Source: Treponematales bacterium (lineage in GTDB: Bacteria > Spirochaetota > Spirochaetia > Treponematales > JBGSOB01). Taken from it: a stretch of DNA of 64,000 bases. The translations under genes and the position numbers were made by a program. Shown here piece by piece: positions 1-7,050 of the stretch; position 1 is the first letter of the stretch; each line of letters begins with the position of its first letter. The stretch spans positions 5,597 through 69,596 of the forward strand of contig JBGSOB010000112.1 in NCBI GenBank assembly GCA_041739325.1, read 5' to 3'. Below the pieces are notes generated by a model. It searched no databases and was not told where the DNA came from. It saw only the letters and a program-made list of their open reading frames with translations.

Positions 1-620
1 TCGGCATTCTCGGGCTTTCCCTGCCCTTCCTCTTAGTCGGCGGGGGGCTGCTCCAGAGCGGTTTGCCGGTTATCGGCTCCATTTCCGGCTACTATCACAG
101 CCCCATGCGAGACCTCTACGTGGGCCTGCTGTCCGTGATCTCCCTCTTCCTCATATCCTACCGCGGCTATCAGGTTATTGACGACGTGACGGGTAATTTA
201 AGCGGTTTCTTTGCCTTGGGGCTTATGCTCTTTCCCACCTGGCCCTACTACATGGAGAGCCGCCGCGTGGGGCTCTTTTTGCTGGACGGGCGGGTGTCGG
301 ACTACCTCCACCATGGCTTCGCGGCCCTCTTTTTCCTTTCTCTAGCCTTTACCTCTATCTTTCTCTTTACCCGCAGCGACAAGCACAAGCTGGCAATATC
401 GCGCGCCAAACGGCGCCGCAACGTAGTCTATGTCGTTTGCGGACTGCTTATGACCCTTTCCATCGTCGGTGTTATCTTCTACCTTGTTTTTTTGCAAGCC
501 AGCCCCCTCTCGCGCTACAAGCCCGTCCTCCTGCTGGAGTCCGTGGGGCTCTGCGCCTTCGGCGTTGCCTGGCTCCTCAAGGGCCACAGCTTTTTGCGGG
601 ACAGGCGAATCCGCTACTAG
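1..620 (+). CDS. Polytopic membrane protein of unknown family, 5'-truncated by the window edge
   Basis: Frame 3 is open from position 3 to the TAG at 618-620, so the track start (TTG at 63) is probably internal. The translation is a series of hydrophobic helices (LLSVISLFLISY, FFALGLMLFP, FAALFFLSLAFTSIFLF, VVYVVCGLLMTLSIVGVIFYLVFL, LLLESVGLCAFGVAWLL) with short polar/basic loops. Confidence 0.5.
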   Translation, partial: GILGLSLPFLLVGGGLLQSGLPVIGSISGYYHSPMRDLYVGLLSVISLFLISYRGYQVIDDVTGNLSGFFALGLMLFPTWPYYMESRRVGLFLLDGRVSDYLHHGFAALFFLSLAFTSIFLFTRSDKHKLAISRAKRRRNVVYVVCGLLMTLSIVGVIFYLVFLQASPLSRYKPVLLLESVGLCAFGVAWLLKGHSFLRDRRIRY

Positions 621-635
621 GCTCTTTTACCACTC

Positions 636-1022
636 TTAGTCGTCCACCATCCGCTCGTGTCCGGAGGGGCAGGTGCCGCGGGTGCAGTCGTAGAAGCCCT
701 CATCGAATTCCTCATGCAGGTGGTAGTGTTCGCGGCAGTAGATGGCGTTGCAGTCGGGGCAGTAGGAATCCAAACCCTCATGGGTATATTTCTTTTTTAA
801 CAGCTCGTGGAGTTTGGCAGTATCACCGGATTCAAGGTATTCAAAGGCCTTGGCGGCGTGTTTCTTGCTCAGGTAGCCTACGTGCGTCAGGCCGGAGTAG
901 ATCAGGCATTCCTCCCCGTTGTAGGGGTTGGGCCCCACGTGGAAGCTGGCCGTTTCCGCCCCGCAGACCGAGCAATGGATTGTCAGTACGATATCCTCAA
1001 GTCCTTCCTTCGTCCCCTTCAT
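636..1022 (-). CDS. Small Cys/His-rich putative zinc-ribbon protein (128 aa)
   Basis: The ATG at 1022-1020 is preceded by a perfect AAGGAGG (minus strand, 1029-1035). The protein has CSVCG...C...CPDCNAIYCREHYHLH...C..G.CPSGH spacing typical of zinc-binding modules. The longer 165-aa track ORF would start inside the upstream GGDEF gene. Confidence 0.5.
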   Translation of the reverse strand: MKGTKEGLEDIVLTIHCSVCGAETASFHVGPNPYNGEECLIYSGLTHVGYLSKKHAAKAFEYLESGDTAKLHELLKKKYTHEGLDSYCPDCNAIYCREHYHLHEEFDEGFYDCTRGTCPSGHERMVDD

Positions 1023-2742
1023 CCCCTTCCTCCTTGAGTTCGGCGGCGCCAAAGGCAAGCTCCACCCGGTTCTTCCCGCCGCGTTTTGCCTGGTAGAGGG
1101 CTTGGTCGGCGGCGCTGATGAGTTGTCCTCCATCTTCCAGTCCCGGTCCCATTTCCGCCACGCCTAAGCTGGCGGTTATCGTCACAACCTTGCCCTGTAT
1201 AAGGTGGCTGCTTCTTTCTTGCTGGGTTTGGATGCGGTGGGCTACGATTGCCGCCCCGCGTTTTGTCGTCTCCGGCAGGATAATCACGAATTCCTCCCCG
1301 CCAAAGCGACCGGCTAGGTCGCAGCTCCGCAGGAGGGAGCGTAAGAGACGCCCGAAATCCTTGAGAACGATGTCCCCAGCCGGGTGGCCAAAACGGTCGT
1401 TTACCCGCTTAAAGTCGTCAAGGTCCGCCATAATGATGGTAAGGGGGCGGTGGTAGCGAATGGCCTTATTGATCTCCATGCTCAAAACGTTTTCCAAATG
1501 GGCCCTGGTTGCCGTGCCGGTCAGGCGGTCTCGGGTAGCCATGATAAAGAGCTGTTCCATTTCCCCCAAGAGGCGGATCTGCCTGTTTAAGAGGATGAGG
1601 GCAAAGCCCAGAATAAAGACCAAGAGGCCGTAGGGGCTTAGGTAGGGGAACTCTAGCAAGGGACCGGCCGTCACGTTTGAGCGTAGCACGTCGAATATGA
1701 GGATGGCCCCGAAGACAGATATGAGGCTCAGCATGATCTTTGCTTCCTTGCTAGCCTGGGCCTGCTTGATGACGATGGCAAGGATGACGACAAAGGGATA
1801 GATCCAACTTGGCTGGATAAAGAATGAATTAACCGTGGCCAGAAGATTGAGGTTGGGAAGGAACCAAGCCAGGGGTTGGGCAAGGAAGGAGAGCCCAAGG
1901 TAGACGATGTGGGCTACCATGAAGCGGCGGCGGAAAAAGATGAGGGTGTAAACGAAAAAGAGGGGCAGGGCCGTCCAGAGGGCCGCGTAGCGCAGGCGCA
2001 TTGCCATTCCGTAGTCGGGGACCAAGAGACTGCGGGCTTGGAGCATGCTGAGGAAGAAGACGCTCAGGCTTAAACAGAAGAGCCCAAAAAAAAGATTTGC
2101 CGGATTGGAATGAAGGCGAAGGGCAAGGAAGAGAAAGTAGATACCGGTAATCACGTAAAAGGCAATAAGCGCCAAAGACGAAAGCTCTGCGATATCCACC
2201 GTTTTGGGGTAGGCCTGAGCCACGGAGATTGATAAATCCCCGCTCATAATGCCGCCGGCACGGTGGCCTTTATTATCTACCCGGATGGCCAGGCTGTTCA
2301 GCTGTCCAGGTTTAAGCAGGGCAAGGGGAATTTCGTAGACCCGGGGTATGTCGTAGAGCTCATCTTCGAGGCGACCCCGATAGTTGGCGTTTTCTCCCAC
2401 AAGCTGGCCGTTAAAGTAACAGCGGTCAAAGTCAGCAATCTTGCCCAGTTTAAGGAGGAGGGGGCGGGGGGGGAGGCCCTCCGGCAGGCGCAGGGTGGCT
2501 CGGTACCAGACAATGGGCCCCCATGTTGGCTGCCTCGCCTTGAAGTCTCCCTTGAGGGGGGCCGTCTCCCAACCTTCCGCTACAAAGGATTCCGCTTGCC
2601 AGCCCCCTTCGTCGCCGGAGCGGGTAAGGACGAGGGCCTTTTCCAGGGATAAGCCCTCCTGCCAGCTCTCCCAGCTCAGTTCGGCCGGTAGCGCTGCAAG
2701 GCAGAGGAGGAAAAGCATAAGGGCGCAGAGGGAAGACTTCAT
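997..2742 (-). CDS. Diguanylate cyclase with signal peptide, periplasmic 7TMR-DISMED2-like domain, 7-TM region and GGDEF domain
   Basis: There is an N-terminal signal sequence (MKSSLCALMLFLLCLAALPA), then a periplasmic domain of about 170 aa, then roughly seven hydrophobic helices. The C-terminal part has DDFKRVNDRFGHPAGD and an intact GGEEF active site (RFGGEEF), with an RxxD I-site (RSCD) five residues upstream. Confidence 0.85.
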   Translation of the reverse strand: MKSSLCALMLFLLCLAALPAELSWESWQEGLSLEKALVLTRSGDEGGWQAESFVAEGWETAPLKGDFKARQPTWGPIVWYRATLRLPEGLPPRPLLLKLGKIADFDRCYFNGQLVGENANYRGRLEDELYDIPRVYEIPLALLKPGQLNSLAIRVDNKGHRAGGIMSGDLSISVAQAYPKTVDIAELSSLALIAFYVITGIYFLFLALRLHSNPANLFFGLFCLSLSVFFLSMLQARSLLVPDYGMAMRLRYAALWTALPLFFVYTLIFFRRRFMVAHIVYLGLSFLAQPLAWFLPNLNLLATVNSFFIQPSWIYPFVVILAIVIKQAQASKEAKIMLSLISVFGAILIFDVLRSNVTAGPLLEFPYLSPYGLLVFILGFALILLNRQIRLLGEMEQLFIMATRDRLTGTATRAHLENVLSMEINKAIRYHRPLTIIMADLDDFKRVNDRFGHPAGDIVLKDFGRLLRSLLRSCDLAGRFGGEEFVIILPETTKRGAAIVAHRIQTQQERSSHLIQGKVVTITASLGVAEMGPGLEDGGQLISAADQALYQAKRGGKNRVELAFGAAELKEEGDEGDEGRT

Positions 2743-2875
2743 CCCCCTATAGTTAAATGCAGAGGGAGCCCGGCGTCAACCCTAATCGCTCGGCCCCTTT
2801 CTTTCTCTTTCACTCCCTTGCGGCCCTGGGGCATCGGTGATACTGTGGGTGCATTACCTTAAGTCGGAGGCAGTC

Positions 2876-4432
2876 ATGCCCATAACCGCCATGCGGTTTT
2901 TCAACAATTCAGGCCCGGTCAACCAGGCCGACCACTACTGCGTTCCCCCCATCAAGCGCCTTGACCCCAACAAGGTTTGGCAGCTCATTCAGCAAAAGAA
3001 ATACTTCCTTATCTGCGGCCCCAAACAGTGCGGTAAGACATCCTACCTTCTTGCCCTAGCAAAGATGATCAACCGCAACGGCCATGCCAAGTGTCTCTAT
3101 TTCAACGTAGAGTCCCTGCGCGGCACGGACGGGAACCTGGAAGAATCGATGCGCTCCATCCTCTTTGAGATATCCTCCCGGGCCAGGGACATCTTCGGCG
3201 ACGACTACTTGGACGACCTAGTTGCCGGCATCCTGGAAAAGCGCGGGCCCTACCAAGCCCTCAACGAGCTCCTTACCCAGTGGTCAAAGCGCTCTGATAA
3301 GCCCATCGTCCTCCTCATGGACGAGATAGACACCCTGCATGAATCCGTCTTGAGCCCGGTTTTAAGCCAAATCCGCGCCGGCTATGACAAGCGCCCCGAG
3401 CTCTTCCCTCAGAGCATCGTCTTTTGCGCCACCCACGACGTTATCCAAAAGCAGTTCAATATCAAGGACGCCACCCTCCGCCTCTCCTTTCTCCACCGTG
3501 AGAGCCTGGGGGATATGTTCGGCGACTACGCCGTCAAGGCCGGCATAGAGATAGACAAGGAAGCCATAGACCTCATCTGGCGCTATTCCTCCGGCCAGCC
3601 CTGGATCGTCTCCGCCCTTGCAGGGGAGCTCTTCCAAGAGATCGTCCCGGCAAAGGGTATACGCCATATCAGCGCCAACCAAGTACTTGAGGCTATCGCC
3701 AACGTCATAGCTAAACGCGGCAATCACTTGGAGTATATCGCCTCCCAACTGCGGCTGGATCAGGTTCGCCGCGTCCTGGTGCCCCTCCTTACCGGCGGTA
3801 TCGGCGCGCAGGCCATCACGGATGAAGACATCACCTACAACCTTGAACTGGGCCTTATAACCGCGGATGGTGAAGTTGACATATCAAACGCCCTCTACGC
3901 GGATATGATCCCGCGCGCCCTCTTTGCCCCGGTTTCGCGAATGATCAACCTCAATTCGGAGGATTACCTCAAGCCTGACGGCCTCATAGACGGCTCGCGC
4001 TTGGCGGCTACCTTCCAGGCCTTTTTCCGCAACCATATCCAACGCCTCTCCCGCCTGGTCGACTATGGGGAAGCCGGGCATATCTTGGTATTCCACGCCC
4101 TCCTTCTCAAGCTGGCAGACTCAGCCACCAGCGTGAGCCGGGACTTTTCCTTAAGCAAGAATCGCGTTGTTTTCCGCCTTCGGCGCAATTCCCCCGCCCA
4201 GGATATTTGTTTCTATGTCCGCCAAGAGTCCATTTCTTTAGTGGACCAATACAAGGCCGTGGCCTCCGGTTGCCTGGAAGAGGCAGAGGCCTATTCCCGT
4301 ACCGCCGCCGGTTTTACCGGCGAAACCCACGCCGTCCTTGTAAATTCAAACCCGGAGTTTGACTGGGAATTCCGCGTGCGGAGCCTCAAGCGCGGCGCCG
4401 CTGACCATCCCATCTATCTTTGGGGATTTTAA
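2876..4432 (+). CDS. P-loop AAA-type ATPase (AAA_35/ORC-like family by N-terminal motif), C-terminal domain unassigned
   Basis: GGAGG at 2866-2870 precedes the ATG at 2876, and the track start (GTG at 2837) is less likely. The N-terminal FFNNSGPVNQADHYCVPP motif and the Walker A (GPKQCGKTS) and Walker B (VLLMDEID) motifs are recognisable. Confidence 0.6.
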   Translation: MPITAMRFFNNSGPVNQADHYCVPPIKRLDPNKVWQLIQQKKYFLICGPKQCGKTSYLLALAKMINRNGHAKCLYFNVESLRGTDGNLEESMRSILFEISSRARDIFGDDYLDDLVAGILEKRGPYQALNELLTQWSKRSDKPIVLLMDEIDTLHESVLSPVLSQIRAGYDKRPELFPQSIVFCATHDVIQKQFNIKDATLRLSFLHRESLGDMFGDYAVKAGIEIDKEAIDLIWRYSSGQPWIVSALAGELFQEIVPAKGIRHISANQVLEAIANVIAKRGNHLEYIASQLRLDQVRRVLVPLLTGGIGAQAITDEDITYNLELGLITADGEVDISNALYADMIPRALFAPVSRMINLNSEDYLKPDGLIDGSRLAATFQAFFRNHIQRLSRLVDYGEAGHILVFHALLLKLADSATSVSRDFSLSKNRVVFRLRRNSPAQDICFYVRQESISLVDQYKAVASGCLEEAEAYSRTAAGFTGETHAVLVNSNPEFDWEFRVRSLKRGAADHPIYLWGF

Positions 4433-4505
4433 AATAAATTAGACGATACCGAAAATAATCTATAAATAAGTAGACAAATACAAAAATATCTATTATTTTC
4501 ATAGA

Positions 4506-5270
4506 ATGAAAACTGACAATAGTGCTCCTGATTTTTCAGATGCTTCTCTTGAAGAGCTCCAGCGTGGCTATCTCTCCACGTCCTTGGCCTTCCGCTGTCT
4601 TGGCTGCGGCATGGAATTCGAACTGGGAAGGGTCTACCCCCTCTCTGATGCCTTCTACGATGCCCAAAGCGCCGTTTCCCGGCATATCCAGGCTGCTCAC
4701 GGTTCGGCCTTTGAAATACTCCTGGGCTTGGATAAGGAGCAAACGGGCCTCACCGAGAGGCAGGCCGAGCTCTTGAGCCTTTTTAAGAGCGGGCTGGCAG
4801 ATTCCCAGATCGCTTCAAAACTAGGTGGAATATCCCCCTCAACGGTGCGCAACCACCGGGCCGCCCTCCGAGAAAAGGCCCGTCAGGCAAAGCTTTTTTT
4901 ATCACTCTTCGAGCTCTCGGAAAAAAGCTCATCCCCGGATGCAAGCATGGTAAAACCCCACGCGGGGGCGCCCTTTGTGGATCAGCGTTTTGACATAACC
5001 CAGGAGGAAAGCGAGGCGGTACTGAGCAAGTATTTCCCCGGAAAGTGCCTTCTGAAATTCCCGGCAAAGGAAAAGCATAAGCTACCCATATTGCGCAAGA
5101 TGGCCTGTCTCTTTGAGGCCGGGCGAAGCTATACGGAGCTTGAAGTGAACAGCATCATCCGACCCGTTTACGCTGATTGCGCCACTATCCGCCGCTACTT
5201 GATCGAGTACGGCTTTATGGAGAGAAACCCGGATTGCAGCGATTACCGCCTTAAGGAATCAGGCTCCTAG
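4506..5270 (+). CDS. DUF2087-type transcriptional regulator (N-terminal Cys pair, LuxR/sigma-r4-like HTH, C-terminal DUF2087-like domain)
   Basis: It has an HTH-like segment (LTERQAELLSLFKSGLADSQIASKLGISPSTVRNHR-type). The C-terminal KFPAKEKHKLPILRKMACLFEAGRSYTELEVNSIIRPVYADCATIRRYLIEYGFMER matches my memory of DUF2087. There is no SD before the ATG. Confidence 0.55.
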   Translation: MKTDNSAPDFSDASLEELQRGYLSTSLAFRCLGCGMEFELGRVYPLSDAFYDAQSAVSRHIQAAHGSAFEILLGLDKEQTGLTERQAELLSLFKSGLADSQIASKLGGISPSTVRNHRAALREKARQAKLFLSLFELSEKSSSPDASMVKPHAGAPFVDQRFDITQEESEAVLSKYFPGKCLLKFPAKEKHKLPILRKMACLFEAGRSYTELEVNSIIRPVYADCATIRRYLIEYGFMERNPDCSDYRLKESGS

Positions 5271-6907
5271 TCTGCGGCGGCCCTAAAGCGCAGGGCTTGG
5301 CGCTCCGGGTCTTGGGGTTTGCGGCGCACGGTTATTTCCTCAAAGTCGGGCATGGATGCCAAGGCCTCGCGGGTTTGCTCAGGCAGGGCGTCAAAGAAGT
5401 CCCTGCCCAAGACTATCTGGCCCCCAGCGGCGCAGTCGCAAAAGCGCGATGCCTGATTGACGGCGTTGCCAATAATGGTAAAGTCCACTCTCAGCTCCTC
5501 GCCGATATCGCCCATAATGACTTCACCTAGGTCTACCCCCACGCCGGAGGGCAGGAGGCCGGCCATCTTGATTTCACGCTGGATCTTAAGGCAGGCAAAA
5601 AGGCATTCCGGTAAGCGGCTTTCCGTAAAGTAGGCGAGGATGCCGTCGCCCATGGACTTGTTGACCCTCCCGCCTGAGGCGTTGATGGCGCGGATGATGC
5701 TGCCCTCTTCCTTATTAAGCATGCCTATCACCTCATCCGGGGAGCGGTCCGAGCTCCACTTGGTAAATCCCCGAATGTCTACAAAGAGGATTGCCAAACG
5801 CGCCTTGAGGGCGTTGAAACGGCGCTGGATGAGCATGTCGGCGTTTGATTCCGTGCCGTGAAGAATGCTGTACTGGGCGGAGAGGAGTCGCTTGCGGTAG
5901 TTGTCTACCAGGGGGTTTGCCGCGGCCCCCTCCGGCCTCTCCCATTCGTGTATCTGGCCGAGGGTGAGGGGATTGGCTACCCCGATGCGCGCCGCTTCCC
6001 GCGTCAAGAGGTCAAAGAGAAGGGATACGGTCGCCGGGCCGCGTTCCAAAACAAAGGCCTTGAGCTTTGTAAGATCGCTAAACTCAATGCGGCTACCCAT
6101 CCATTCCCTTGTCCACGCTGAGGCGCTCTCTAAAAGGAGTCGCAGCTGCCCTTCATTCGGTTTATTCTCCAGCTCCCGTATCAAGACGCCGGGCTCGGCT
6201 TCGCGAAGAACTTCCAAAAAGCGCTCTATATCCTTCTCTATCACACCGCCGTGCTGGGGCAGTATCTTGCGGATATCGAGGCTCTTGAATTTTTTATAGG
6301 CATAGATGAGGGCATCCTTACTGCAGACATAGTGCTCCAGGAATTCCCGCGCTAAACGGGGGTAGTCTTTGGTGGCATAGAGGCTCCATTCACGGTCAAA
6401 GACCCCAAAGATATCGGATGAAAAGAGGATGCCGCGTTCCGGCAGGAAGCTCACCATGGAGCCTGCGAAGTGGACATAGGGGGTATGGTGGAATTCCAGG
6501 ATACGGCCGGACTTAAGCCGCAGACTGTCTCCGTCTCCTACCGGGAGTATTGGTTTGCGCATCCCGTAGTAGGGGAGGAAGAGGCCGGTGCGCGGATGGG
6601 CGATGATGCAAACCTCGGGGTGCAGAAAGTCTTCCAGATAGGGGATGAGGCCGCAGAGATCAGGGTCCTGATGGTGGACGACAATGTAGCGGATTATGCT
6701 TGGCGCCGCGATTTCCTGGATCTTTTGGATGATCATGTCGCGGAAGACAGGGTGACCGGGGCCGGGATCAAAGAGGATGGCTTGATCATCGTCTAAGAGA
6801 AGATAGGGGTTGTTAGAAAAGCCCGCTTCGTAGTCGGCAAATCCGAGCCAAAAGAGACCCGGCTCAAGTTCTACCGCGTGGCTGTCGTCCAGTTTTCCCT
6901 TGCTCAT
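5267..6907 (-). CDS. Sensor nucleotide cyclase: flavodiiron-core-like MBL-fold domain fused to a class III adenylate/guanylate cyclase domain
   Basis: The N-terminal half has VVHHQDPD, FHHTPYVH, LFSSDIFG and ILPQHGG, the spacing of metal ligands in flavodiiron-type MBL domains. The C-terminal half has AILFVDIRGFTKWS, KSMGDGILAYF and FTIIGNAVNQASRF. I prefer the ATG at 6907 (AGGGG upstream) over the GTG at 6931. Confidence 0.75.
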   Translation of the reverse strand: MSKGKLDDSHAVELEPGLFWLGFADYEAGFSNNPYLLLDDDQAILFDPGPGHPVFRDMIIQKIQEIAAPSIIRYIVVHHQDPDLCGLIPYLEDFLHPEVCIIAHPRTGLFLPYYGMRKPILPVGDGDSLRLKSGRILEFHHTPYVHFAGSMVSFLPERGILFSSDIFGVFDREWSLYATKDYPRLAREFLEHYVCSKDALIYAYKKFKSLDIRKILPQHGGVIEKDIERFLEVLREAEPGVLIRELENKPNEGQLRLLLESASAWTREWMGSRIEFSDLTKLKAFVLERGPATVSLLFDLLTREAARIGVANPLTLGQIHEWERPEGAAANPLVDNYRKRLLSAQYSILHGTESNADMLIQRRFNALKARLAILFVDIRGFTKWSSDRSPDEVIGMLNKEEGSIIRAINASGGRVNKSMGDGILAYFTESRLPECLFACLKIQREIKMAGLLPSGVGVDLGEVIMGDIGEELRVDFTIIGNAVNQASRFCDCAAGGQIVLGRDFFDALPEQTREALASMPDFEEITVRRKPQDPERQALRFRAAAD

Positions 6908-7050
6908 CGCCACCCCTTTGAGTTCCGCCACACTCTATTCTTGGTTATAGCCAGTCACTCGTCAATATCCGCTTTTATGTCAGAGCCAAAAAAGATTCGG
7001 CCCCCAGCTATTGGACGGCCTAGGGCTTTTCGCTTAATATAAATGCCAGA

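Noticed and set aside
437-1096. Long alternative-frame and antisense ORFs throughout the window (for example 437..1096, 7363..8094, 7578..8045, 10993..11466, 25485..26192, 57352..57906, 60355..60960)
   Set aside because: They overlap strongly supported genes on the other strand or frame. They have Arg/Pro/Ser/Ala-rich compositions typical of spurious ORFs in GC-rich DNA and lack SD and start context.
5267-5270. Convergent DUF2087 and cyclase genes sharing a palindromic CTAG so that their stop codons overlap
   Set aside because: It is real in the sequence but is a trivial consequence of two TAG stops meeting. No regulatory meaning can be supported.
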